Assembly (NCBI GenBank): GCA_029953675.1
Contig: JAMWBK010000007.1
Span: forward strand, 682,001 to 746,000
Length of the DNA stretch: 64,000 bases
Direction: 5' to 3'
Origin: Rhodosorus marinus CCMP1338
Taxonomy: Eukaryota > Plantae > Rhodophyta
Shown: positions 1 through 11,437 of the stretch, piece after piece
Layout: every line of letters starts with the position of its first letter
How positions within the stretch are numbered: the first letter of the stretch is position 1
Position numbers and translations under genes: made by a program
The notes under the pieces: generated by a model
The model's input: the letters and a program-made list of their open reading frames with translations, nothing else
What the model was told of the DNA's origin: nothing
The model's database searches: none

Positions 1-727
1 CCTTCCAAAAGAAAACGAGGCCTTCTTGATTCTTTGCTTCAAGGGCATGCGGCGTTGAAGGTGAGCGTGTCTCAGCAAAACTCTATCCAACGTAACACTG
101 TTGGACCAACACGGGGTTGTTTGTCCGCTCACACTCCCCCCTTCCATGGACGTCCCGTACCAAAAGACGATGGGTGGTGTTCAACTCCAAAAAATGAGTC
201 TGTCCGGAATTTTCTTCCTGCAACAACTGCCGCAAAAGTATTATGAGAGGAGGTCCCCCCCAAGGAGGCGATAGGATTTCTAATTTCGGAAACCAACGGG
301 TTCTCTTCCTCTTTTCAATACTAACCGAGCGAGGTCAGCGCTTAGCTTTGTTCATTTAGTAGTGTTCCCTTTGTATTTGAAAGGCAGTGGGGAGGGAGAT
401 GGTTCCGCGGGCGGCGCGGGCGGAAGTCAGCGCTTGGGCTGGGATTACATAAGTTACCAAGTAACGTGATGCCGCTGACGATTTAGTTCTCTGGTGTGCT
501 TGCTTTAGCCCAAAAAACCTAGTGCTAAGCGGCTCGGGTTGTTGGTGTCCTTGCCAAGGCAGTCAGAGGTATATATAGGTGTTCTATCTAAAGCGAGTGA
601 CTGACTTGGGTAGCACTTTGGATAGCTTGTGGGAAGAGTGCTTTGGAGTAGGTTGCGGTGGACTTGGAATTGCTTTGTTGTTTATGTCCTTGATTATTCT
701 AGGAGGGTGCAGATTGTACGAAGGAAG

Positions 728-2479
728 ATGGGGGATGGTGAGATTGCTGGGGTGGGCTCGTTAAATATTCAAAGTGATTCTAACGCAGTCGGAGAAAGCA
801 GTCTGTCGACGGACATCAGTGATGTTGGGAATGCTCCGATGACACCAGGTGACGTCGAAAAGAATGGATCTATCACCATGGATGCGAGCATGAAAGCCAG
901 CTCCTTGAATGCGGAAAAGCTGGAGGCGTTGGACGCGACCCAAGGAGACAAGGCCAGATTCAACTTCAGGGAGTTTGTCAAGTACACTGGTCCTGGATGG
1001 CTGGCCGTGGTGGCGTACATTGATCCAGGGAACATGTACGCTGATATCACGGCTGGTTCTTCGTACGCGTACAGTCAGCTCTGGGTTGTCTTCTGGGCGA
1101 CTGTGATCAGTTGGCTGGCGTTGACGATCTGCTCCAAGTTTGGCATCTACGCAAGACAGCATCTAGCAAGAGCTTTTCGCGAGTCCTATCCAAAATGGGT
1201 AAACATTTCGATGTGGATTTTCATTGAGATGGTTGTGATCGCCACGGATATACCCGAAGTTATCGGCTTCGCGTACGCGTGCAATATATTCTTCGGATGG
1301 CCGTTCTATGCTGGTGTTTTGGCTTCGTTTGTGACAACGATGCTTTTCCTGATGGTCCTCAATATAAACAGGGGCTTCCGAATCCTGGAGGTCATGGTTC
1401 TCCTTCTCGTCGGGGCTATGTGTATCCTTCTGCTTGTGGAACTGTTCATCAACGGCGCAAACGTCAAACAGCTGTTCTTCGGATGGGCAGTTCCCACCGT
1501 GTGGAGTGGCTCCGTGTTCAACATGATCGGTATCATAGGAGCAGTAGTCATGCCGCACAATCTCTTTCTGCTGACTGGAGCAGTCCAGACGAGGATTCCC
1601 CGCGGAAGGACCGAAACGCGCAAAGTGTTTCTGTACTCAAAACTTGAGCCCATCATTCCCCTGTGCATATCTTGGATTGTGAACCTAAGCATTATCACCC
1701 TGGCTGCGAAGAACGTATTCCCAGAAACTTGTCCCAGTGGGGAGACGTCCGATCCTAAAGGGCAGTGTGCCGCCGGACCGGTCATCAATGACCCCGTACT
1801 GGACCCAAACTCCGTAACGCTGCTCGACTTCTGTCAGTACTTCGACAGCTCGACCTCTGGTGGCTGTACCGTATGGGGCCTGGCCCTCATCGCGGCCGCC
1901 CAGGCTTCGGCAATGACGACAACGTTCACTGGAAGCTTTGTTATGGACGGCTTCATCGAGATGAAGATCCCCGTGTGGACACGTTCAATCGGTACCAGAT
2001 GCATTGCCATCCTGCCCGCGGTGATCATAGCCGCAGTTCTCGATACCCCAGAGTCTCTCGACTATGTCATCGGCATTGTGAACGTTATTCTTGGGCTCGC
2101 TCTCCCTATCGCGTTGATTCCGTTGATCCAGCTAGCCTACAGCCGGTCGAAGATGGGGAAATACAGAATCTCCAAGATTTTGTACTGGGTTGCAATGTTG
2201 TTCAACATCTTCCTGGTCTTTTTCAACTCGGCTTCTTTCTACACCGATTCCGTGTTTGGTCAGTATATGGGCGCAGACCAAGCAGCAAGCAACTTCGTCT
2301 GGGCGGTGCAGGCTAATATCCTAGCAGACATCATAACTGTTGTCTACATCACCATTAACTTTTACTTTGTGTTCAGGCTGCCCACTACAACCACGTGTGC
2401 GGCTCTTGCGGACGAGGAGTACAAAACAGAAGCTGATACCGAGCCAATCGATCTCGGCGCTATAGGAGCGATGACGTGA
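728..2479 (+). CDS. NRAMP: NRAMP/MntH-family divalent metal transporter, single exon (ORF track starts at 629; likely ATG at 728)
   Basis: TM1 motif AYIDPGN, TM3 EMVVIATDIPEV, TM6 GAVVMPHN, transport-motif-like QASAMTTTFTGSFVMDGF, about 11-12 hydrophobic helices. Confidence 0.95.
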   Translation: MGDGEIAGVGSLNIQSDSNAVGESSLSTDISDVGNAPMTPGDVEKNGSITMDASMKASSLNAEKLEALDATQGDKARFNFREFVKYTGPGWLAVVAYIDPGNMYADITAGSSYAYSQLWVVFWATVISWLALTICSKFGIYARQHLARAFRESYPKWVNISMWIFIEMVVIATDIPEVIGFAYACNIFFGWPFYAGVLASFVTTMLFLMVLNINRGFRILEVMVLLLVGAMCILLLVELFINGANVKQLFFGWAVPTVWSGSVFNMIGIIGAVVMPHNLFLLTGAVQTRIPRGRTETRKVFLYSKLEPIIPLCISWIVNLSIITLAAKNVFPETCPSGETSDPKGQCAAGPVINDPVLDPNSVTLLDFCQYFDSSTSGGCTVWGLALIAAAQASAMTTTFTGSFVMDGFIEMKIPVWTRSIGTRCIAILPAVIIAAVLDTPESLDYVIGIVNVILGLALPIALIPLIQLAYSRSKMGKYRISKILYWVAMLFNIFLVFFNSASFYTDSVFGQYMGADQAASNFVWAVQANILADIITVVYITINFYFVFRLPTTTTCAALADEEYKTEADTEPIDLGAIGAMT

Positions 2480-3288
2480 TCATGTACATTGTGCAAGGAA
2501 TATGCTCTGGGTGCTTAAGCTGCGAGATAGAAAATGCTCTGCAGCTAAGTTTGTTTCGCTTTGGATATGCGTGTGTTCGTAGCCTTCAAATATATACATC
2601 GGTCCCTACGTTCTTTTTCGCGGACACCCTTCCTCAGGCGTCCGTCCAGACGCATGCAATCTATTCAGCGTGTTCCTCGTGAATCCTGACCAAGAATCCG
2701 TTCGAGTTCTACCCAGCGAGAAGAAAGCAACGGTGCTCCATCGTCAAACAGTGGCGGTGGAAACCACCAGCGGAAACTAGAGGATAGAGCTTGTATTAGT
2801 TGGAATCACGCCGCGCGTAGAGCTAAGTTCATCATCCTGTTCAAACCAGGTCGATCCCAGCGCGCCGGGTCAAGTCTTTCCATTGTGGCTCTCGAGGTCG
2901 ATGAGATCCGACAGACAAAAATGTTGGGCTACACGGAGTGAGTAACACTCTTCGATCTGAACTAGAGATACCCGAGACCCGGTACCACGCTCGGATCCCA
3001 ATAGGGCGTATCGCACTGCCCTAGTACCTTAGTAGTTAGCTTCACCGTACTGTCCGAAAATGGGCCCTGCGCTGGGGCTAGCAATTTGGGGAGATAGAAT
3101 CATTCACATCCCGGGCTATCCAGGAAGACGAGATCTGTCGGACTCCGCGATGAAGATGGGATTTATTATGTTGACCAAAAAGTGATCTTGTGGAATAAAC
3201 TGTTTATACAGAACTCGGTTGTAGTCTAATGAATTGACCACGGGAGAGAGGAGTGGTGTCTTTCGCAGTTTGGAGTGTGTGGGGTGGG

Positions 3289-5255
3289 ATGAGGACGGAC
3301 TCGCAAGGCTTTCTTAATGTTGGATTTGGTGATGGTCGGTGGATCGACGTCGATTCAAGTGTGGGAATCGCTCGTCGTAGACGAGGAATTCGCCGGAACC
3401 ATGTGAAAGAGAGTAAGCGCGTTGCGGCGACTTTGTTTGATGGATTCACGTCTGGTCCAAATGAAAGGCTAATGGATCTGGTCGTACGAGACTGTGAACT
3501 CATTCCAGAAGTCATGATCAATCAGCTTAGAATTCACTTCATGTCAAAGGTAAAAAGATCGGTTAATCGACCCCAAATCCCACTTTATTGTCATCTGGTC
3601 GGTTCGACGTCACTTTTGCTATCGCCTGATCGGCCTTGATATCACTCTGCTATCACCTGATCGCCTTGTTAGCACCATCTGCAGCTTGCTTTCACCTTTT
3701 TGTAACCATTCGCGTCTTCCCACTTGCCTTGTTTGTCGAATCTTCATCGTCTGCCACTGCTGGATCGCCTGAAAAGAGTCATTTGTTTTCGTGTGCGTCT
3801 GTGAAAGCCTAAGCTGTCGCTGAAGGAGCTTAAGGATGGAGCGTTATGGCTTGGTCAATGGTATACTGAGAACGGATACAGTGTCAATGATGTATTGCTA
3901 AGTCAAGTTCCGAGGAAGGACAACGGAGGCGTTTTGGTTTACGTGGCTAGAGAAAGGAAGGTTGGATCGTTTCAGTTTCGGCACCATCGACCTGGTGGAG
4001 GCGGATCTGGTGATGGACCTGGCAGGACCAAACCGGAGGTGATCACGAGAACGCTGGGGTTGAACGTTGGCTCACATTTTTGTATGCCACGAGATAGGTT
4101 CAACAGGCTCGATCACCTTCAACTCTTCGATGATGTCGAGATGCGTGTGGATAAGGTTGTCGACGTAGATCCAAAGTCTGGTGGAAACTTGGACTCGGAG
4201 GGAAGGCCAGCGGGCGTTCATCTTACCGTTGAACTGTTCGAAAAACCCACGGTGGAAATCGTGCCAGCGTTCTCGTTTAACCTGAAGACGGGAATGGTCG
4301 GCACCCTCAGTTTATCGGATAAGAACTTTCGAGGAAGGGGACATCGTGTATCCCTCTCGGCTTCCAGGTCTCAATCTGACGGCTACGAGACCATCATAGA
4401 CTTTGATAACCCGCGGTTCTTATCAAAGGGAAAGACCAGGTACGCATGGACGCTGAGGTCGTCTTCGTTAGCCGGCAGAACAGGAGCTTCGAGGACGAAG
4501 CACACCGGATCCTCCGTCTCTACAACGACCCCATTGGACTCCACCGGAGCATTATCTCTTCACTTGGGTGGACGAGCGGAGAGACAGTGGGGAGATGAAA
4601 CTCATGAACCGGTCAACCAGCTCGAGTTGTCAACAAGAATCGTCCATGATAAGCGGAGTGGCGCTGAAATTAGAACTGGACATAGACAGGAGCTTGGACT
4701 CACCCGTGGTGCAAATGTAAGCCCGCACGAACATTGCTTTTTTCCTCAAACGTTTTGGGAAGAGGGAGTTTTAGCTGAACCGTAAACGCGATCGCATGCT
4801 CGCGGTCCTCTCGTGTTTTTTTTTTGTCGCAGATGAACTGGATGGACGGAATTGTCAACTCGTTTTGGAGAGGCTTTGGAAGGATCGGAGTATTGGGTTC
4901 TTTGCTGAAAGGTAGACTGGGTATGGCGTTAGGCGCGGAGATTCATGCTCAAGGGACGACCAGCCCTGGAGTTCGGGAGCACTATTGGCACGGCGGAGAG
5001 ATCCGCGGCGAAAGGAGATCGCTTTTCCTTGGCGAGGATCGGTTCTGGACAAAGACAATCGCAGAGCTTAGAGCTCCGGTTCATGAAAGAGCATCACTGT
5101 TCGGGTTTGCGGAGGTCGCATCGGTCGCTAGCGGATCCTCCGTTAGTACGGTTGGCCTTGGGCTGAAGTTTCTAGGAACCATCTCCATCGTATACTCTGT
5201 GAACATGGACGGAAGCTGGACTTGGAAGGTCTTGCCTGTAGACCCTCACATTTAG
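3289..5255 (+). CDS. Omp85/BamA-family (Toc75/OEP80-like) beta-barrel protein, 3 exons (3289-3549, 3808-4716, 4833-5255), about 530 aa
   Basis: Both GT-AG introns are phase 0 and join open frames; POTRA-like LWLGQWYTENGY and EVITRTLGL segments; barrel-start motif SLSDKNFRGRG; loop-6-like YWHGGEIRG; terminal VGLGLKF; Arg-rich N-terminus resembling a transit peptide. Confidence 0.75.
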
Positions 5256-6436
5256 GAGCCCGAAACTCCTTCTAGGTATCCTTGACAAGGCCAAAATTCG
5301 GCATAACGGCACTACTTGAAACCCAGAGCGTATCTTCACGATACCAATGGCCATGACGACGAGATGTGCCGGATGCTTTTTTTTGCGCAGCACGAGCGAT
5401 CACAGGGGTCAGTGGAGCGCGGGGATATTCCTGTGGTTGCCTGCCTGTACAAGCAGCGGGTGGGTATATTATATCCTCACTGAAGGCGGCTTCCTCCCAC
5501 GTCAGTCCCGTTCTGGCCAGAAAACTAAAACGATCGTATCCGCGAATCGATCGCATTATGCAGTTGCCAGGCCACGAACGCGGTATTCGTTGATCAAGCA
5601 GAGACAAGAGAGTGTTTAACCAGGGAATTGTGACGACCAGCAGCGGATCGAGCTTCAAGAGTCGCAATGCTTAGTGTAGGAGCGACACTGCTTGTGGTTA
5701 AGAGTTGTAGCTTCAATCGGAAAACAATTTAGGAACTTGAGGAAAGAAGCGGACGGAATGTTCGCGCGTGTTTCACTACTGGCCTTCGCAACCTCGCCAA
5801 TCCAAGCCTCCTGCTTGGTAGGATACCCTGGTAGTAATCGTCGACTTCCAGAGACGCTACTAGGTTCACAGTACGGGACCCACCCAACTCGCTATCTGCA
5901 GAGTGGTGTTGCTGCAGCAGTACTGCGGCCATGACCATCTCGTAGAAACTCGATTTCAATGACCGGCTATTGTTTTAGAAATCTATTTCATGTGGATCGA
6001 GATGCAAGGGGACGGACCCACCTGGAGAGGTACCACATAAGAAAACGCGAGTATAAAAACTCATTGGATTGGATGCCAAGGATTAGCTAGTTCCCAGTTC
6101 CACGGTAGGGCCCTCCTATTTACACGAAACCTTTTCAAGAACTGCGTTGTCTTCTGCTTTAGTTTCCTGCTCGATTACCAGAAATCCCGACAAACCTTTC
6201 ATGGTAATGGACAGATTGTCTTCAAAACACGCATCGGTCGAATTGATCAGTCACTTGTAGCCCATTTTCTTATTAAAGCACAAAATAAAAAAAACTTCTA
6301 GATCTACGGAGGGAACAGTTCTTGTCTGTTCTGAACTGGTTTTTGGAATATAATGGTTTACTTCTCTACATAAAAGGACTATTCTAGGGTGAATCCGCCT
6401 TGGATATGGAATACAAAGAAGTGTAAACAAATATTT

Positions 6437-6792
6437 GAAAAGTATAAAAGAGTAAAAGCATAAAAGTATAAAAGTATAAAAGTGTAAAAGTATAAAAGTA
6501 TAAAAAGTATAAAAGTATAAAAGTATAAAAGTATAAAAGTATAAAAGTATAAAAGTACAAAAGTACAAAAGCATAAAAGTATAAAAGTACAAAAGTACAA
6601 AAGCATAAAAGTATAAAAGTACAAAAGTACAAAACTATAAAAGTATAAAAGTATAAAAGTATAAAAGTACAGACGCATAAAAAGCATAAAAAGCATAAAA
6701 AGCGTGAAAGTATAAAAGCACAAGGCGGATAAAAGCATAAAAGTATAAATAAAAGTATAAAAGCGTAAAAGTGTAAACGTATAACAGTATAA
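6437..6792. repeat. AT-rich 8-bp satellite (AAAAGTAT with AAAAGTAC, AAAAGCAT and AAAAGTGT variants)
   Basis: Dozens of tandem 8-mers read directly; they explain the spurious FYTFILLY ORFs at 6251-6848. Confidence 0.95.
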
Positions 6793-6851
6793 ATTGTTGG
6801 ACGAGCACAAGCAGAAATCGCCGAAGACACGAAAAGCTGCTCTGCCAAAAG

Positions 6852-7503
6852 CTAAACGCGCGGCTTACAGCCCTTGAGGAGGGGGGCTTCACAGGTAGTG
6901 GTACTTGTACTGGATTTGCATATACTTTCCATAGCCAGAAATTATAGAACAAGTCTTCCAGTACGATCCACAGCGCGGGCGTCCAATTCGGCCAAATCTT
7001 GGTGTCTAAATCTCGCCAATGCATAGTCCTCACGTCCACTGATATCTGAATCATCGTACACAAGCTAGGTCTCGAACTCAGTATCGTAGTTGAGTGCGAG
7101 CACCTCTTTGATATCAGCGTTCCTGAAATCAAAGTATGTCCTCGTCCTACGCTCCGGAGGTCTTGCTTCCACTATAACGAGTCGTGATAGTCTGTGTGCG
7201 GATCCCAGACGCTGGCCTCAAAACCGTAGGTCCGTGAACAATCCCCGGGTCCGTCATGGTCAGGAAGGTCCCCAACGTGTCTATCAATCATCGGTGAGCT
7301 TTCCGTACTCTTATCGTAATTTCGGCCATACCAACCTCTCGGGTATGAGCATGAATAGCTGCTCAGACCCTGTTCGCGGATGTGGCTTTGTTCTGGCATG
7401 GGTTTAGTTCGCACACGCTGGTCTGCCGCCCGCATACCTTAGTGGCACTGGTGCAAGTAGCAACAGCAACGAGCACACCCGAGAGCAGCATCATAATCTT
7501 CAT
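6852..7503 (-). pseudogene. Decayed gene for a secreted EGF-like-domain protein
   Basis: Signal peptide MKIMMLLSGVLVAVATCTSA from ATG 7503. Correcting a 2-nt insertion gives CELNPCQNKATCEQGLSSYSCS(Y)PRGWYGRN(Y)D, with two Cys codons now TAC. Frameshifts and in-frame stops follow. Confidence 0.65.
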
Positions 7504-9556
7504 CTCCTTCATCGTTTTTGCTCCGTTGGACGTGTCTTCTGCCTGATATGGCAGATCTCTTCGAGGTCGGTCTCAAGTCTTTCCGTGATTTTTCTCCGGA
7601 AACCTGGGATGGGAGGACACAACAATTCCTGGAATGTACAGACGCTAAAGCGCATGGCTTGCTCACTTGCGGAAAAACGGATTCAGATTACAGGCAGCAC
7701 TCAAAAGTTTGTAAACCGGTCTTCCCATAGTCTCTAGATCCTGACGAACAGCGCATTGGGTCGTTCAAATTTTTTGCCAAAAAGAACAGATGACTGTACC
7801 CCAAACCAGGACATTAGAGGAGGTTTCTTGAAGAGGGAAGAAACTGCTTACTCTTAGCTCAACGAAAAGAAAGAAGAGGTCCTAGGAGTGCGTGAGCATT
7901 CATCTGTTTCGACTTTGCCCTAAACTGGGTGCACAGACGCGCAACGGATCTCCTCCTACCGTTCTTGGGTGCTTCTGCGCAATCTTTTTCAGCCCTTTAG
8001 CTTCTACAGGGAGGGCAGTAGGATAAACTAGGATCTGCCCCGATCTGTGAAGCACTAAACGTACGGGTATCCTTCCAGGCTCCGCGGCGAGGGGCCTACA
8101 CAGAGCAGATAAGGCCTTCCCTCATAATTTATATATTCATAAAAGGTAACGGGCAATTTTTCAGCTCTCAATGGTATTCCAATCACCGGACGGCACCCAG
8201 GTGAAGCTGTCAACCAAGTTGCCCTTTTTGACCAGATCGATCTGATTGTTGGCTTTCGAGGAGTGAATTCACCACTACAAAATTATACTTGTTTTTAAAT
8301 CAGGCTCTGGGAATCTAGAGGCCAACTCGGCACCAGTTTCATCCAGCACCATGTCCCTCAATTCTGTTCAAGCCGTGCCACTCGAAACTGGATGCACGCC
8401 ATCCTGCTTAGTATCGCCTTAATATCATTTATACAATATACTCTTGCTTTTCATTAATTTTAATACTCATATAATCTACCTATTTAGTGTTTATGTCGGT
8501 AATATGTTAGGGTGATGCCCTCTTCAGGTTTAGGAAACGGCAAATGAGGACGCCACAGCGTGGATCCAGAACATGTTCCTGTGGGGAATCCTTCGCTGTA
8601 CGGGCTGCCATGAGTTGGAAAACTTGTGTTGACGTCTTCCTTACCCCCCGTCCTCTTCCGTGTAGTTGAACGACGGCACAGTACAGCTAATGACCATTGA
8701 TACGCAAACCAAAAAAATTAGCCGAAGGTTACACGGGAGAATAACTATTAGTTCTATTGCAAGCTCGCAGCGCCTTTTACCTGGAAATACCCAACCCCAA
8801 GATGCCTTCAATTCTCTTCAGAGCTGTCCAAGCTCTTGAACGAACCTGGTCGCCTGCTTTCGATCCGGAAATCTATCGTTAAGCAAGTTACGCTGTACGA
8901 ATTAGTACCGCCAGAGCCAATGAATAATACTTAAATATCTTACAACCAAGACGTGGCTTTGAGATGTTGCTCGGGGAGCTAGTGTTAGGGGGACCGCCCT
9001 CTATAGTGATTGAGTGGGTGAGTAACCCCTACTGGAGATATCACAATTCAATTCATGGTCAGCAAAGAACAAAATTGATCATTATTAGTGAGTTTCAGTC
9101 ATCTCCTGGATCTCAATCTCTATTATTCAGTTCAGTCATTTAGCTCAGATTTAAGCGTTTGTGGTTTTCCTCAGATAACCCAAAGCGGTACTTATGCTGA
9201 ACTGCCTCGTGGCTCTTGGTCCGAGATATCTGATCGCTCATATGGTTAGGGAGATTTTTACAGGCAACTGCGTGGCTACTGCATTTCCTCTTTCTCCTCT
9301 TGAAATGTTGAGGGCGACTACAAAGCCTTGGTTTTTGAAGACTCACATCGGACTACCATTTAATGAATATCTTTGTCAATCGAGCCATATTCAAGAAGCC
9401 AATCAAAAAGAGTGAGGAAATCTATTTTCATATGCTGTGTCCTGGTCCAGAATCGCTGGTCATGTGGCACAAGTTGATTTTCGTTTGCCGTTTCAGGTTT
9501 TACTTTGGTCTATCATTCCTGCTCTAGAAGCGCACCTGCAGCGGGATTCTACGTTT

Positions 9557-10162
9557 CTACAAGCTCATCTCGCCCTTAAGCTGCGAGCACCAGCTCTTCA
9601 CTCTGGCTTCAGTCATATCGGACTCATTGTCCTCATCGAGAGGGAGGCCAAGGAACTTTCCATTCTTAGCCGACTTGCTTGAGCTGTGGCTGTAATTGCC
9701 TTCGTCCGTGTATCCAACCATCTTGGCTCCCTGGGAGGAGAATTTGTCATGGAGCTCCTCGATGGCATCACAGAAGTTGTCTCCGTATCCGACAGAGTCC
9801 CCGAGACCAAAGATGGCAACTGGCTTCCCACTCAGGTTGAGTTTCTCAATCCCATCGTTGATGAACTCGTCCATGGGAGTGCCACTCCTGTCCTCATCCG
9901 CATCTGTGTTCCAAGTCGGGGCACCAACAATAAAACCGGTGCAGTCGGCGTAGTCAGCGGCAGATGAGATGTCTCCAACATCGATCGGATCCTTGCATTC
10001 AGTCCCGATATTCTGCTTGATCAGATCCGCAACGTTGGAGGTGTTGCCAGTGGTAGTCGAGAACAGGATTCCCACCGCCATATCGAGCCTCGTCCTCTTT
10101 CTGACCATCGGTCGTCCCCGTTGGGACTGCAGACCGAAAGAGCTCACGAATCCAGCCACCAT
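9557..10162 (-). CDS. FLDA: Plastid-targeted long-chain flavodoxin (IsiB type)
   Basis: FMN-binding FSTTTGNT, GAPTWNT, FGLGDSVGYGDNFCDA, long-chain insert and FLGLPLDEDN; transit peptide MVAGFV. Confidence 0.95.
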   Translation of the reverse strand: MVAGFVSSFGLQSQRGRPMVRKRTRLDMAVGILFSTTTGNTSNVADLIKQNIGTECKDPIDVGDISSAADYADCTGFIVGAPTWNTDADEDRSGTPMDEFINDGIEKLNLSGKPVAIFGLGDSVGYGDNFCDAIEELHDKFSSQGAKMVGYTDEGNYSHSSSKSAKNGKFLGLPLDEDNESDMTEARVKSWCSQLKGEMSL

Positions 10163-11437
10163 CTTTTCTTCACAAAAAAGGACAAAAACAAAGGCTTACG
10201 CTTAATACTCTCACCCCTTTATCTGCAAGATCAATTCAGTCTAGTCAACAGCTTGGCGCAGAGCTTTGTGTGTGCCGTAGATGAGGTCAATTTGTCGCCA
10301 TGATATACCCAATCCCTTTCAACCACCACTGTCGTCGAGCGGCAGTACCTCAAGCACCTCCTTCTCAATTGTATATTCCGAGGATTAGTTTAACGATAAT
10401 TACAGTATGATTTTCATTCTCAACTACCCCGTCCAGAAAACCAAATTCCAAAGGGTTTTCAAATCAATTTATATTAATGAGGGTTATTGTTTTGAAGAAC
10501 GAGAGACCGTGGGTTCTTACCAAAGTCGAGTGAAAATGTAACGTAAATTTTGATAAGATTTAGTCTATAGCCGATAGCTGCAAAACGGCCACACGCACAT
10601 GACGACGTCCTCAGAGGAATCTTCTCGCGGAAGGGGTGCGAAAATCGGGATGATTCGTTCAGAACCATACCAAGTTTGGACAGTCTGTAGAACTGAGTAC
10701 CACGATCTGCGTTAGCTAGGGCAGTGAACGACAGCTGAACCACTCATCATCTAACCACCCCGGGGCACTTTTGTGTGGAGTTTTCGTTCCCTTGTTTGGT
10801 GAACCCTGAATAATGCTTCTGAACAGTCATCGGCAACTACGGGGGGGGTTGGATGACTCTCCGCGAGTTAAAACGGAAGGAAGGCGGGGATTTCCGATCA
10901 GATCACAAGGAGGTTGTGGTTGAGGTTTCAAACATCCTCGTCAGGTGCAAAGAGCCTCAATCGTGGCCGCCGTCTCGGCGCCAATGATCAAGACTGCAAT
11001 TGTCGATTCCCGCTATTCCTAACTTTGGGTAAACTAGCATCCCGGAAAGTGGCAAAAACCGCAATCCTACAGGCTTCAGCGAGGAATTCACAGACCCTCG
11101 GCTTCCCAGCCTGAATCCAAGTCCCACAGCACAGCAAGCTAGCCATTCAATCGGTTGAACAACAGACTGAGTTTTGAAAGTCATTCAAAAAATATCCGGG
11201 AAATGGATAGTTCAACTCTTAGTTGGATTCAATATCAGTTTTCGTCTTCGCCATCAGATTCCGTCTGCTGCTCGTGCGTTTGTGGACCTCGCATTTGGGG
11301 TGAGACTAGTGGCCTATTTTGGGAGCGAGCAGCTGAAGCTCAACGCATGATGGGTGGCTCTTCCTTTGCCTTGCGTTGCATTTACTTTGGGCTTTTTGTA
11401 TTCAAATCATCAGGGTTTTGATGGTCTGGTTACCCTC

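Noticed and set aside
6251-6848. ORFs of 113-154 aa rich in F, Y, T, I and L
   Set aside because: Translation artefacts of the 8-bp satellite.
7900-8650. Protein-like minus-strand text (ELRDMVLDETGAELASRFPEP...)
   Set aside because: Many stops and no recognisable motif; possibly a pseudogene but unsupported.
8770-8785. CGCCTTTTAC resembling U5 snRNA loop I
   Set aside because: Only a 3-bp closing stem and no Sm site nearby; a similar string also occurs near 25985.
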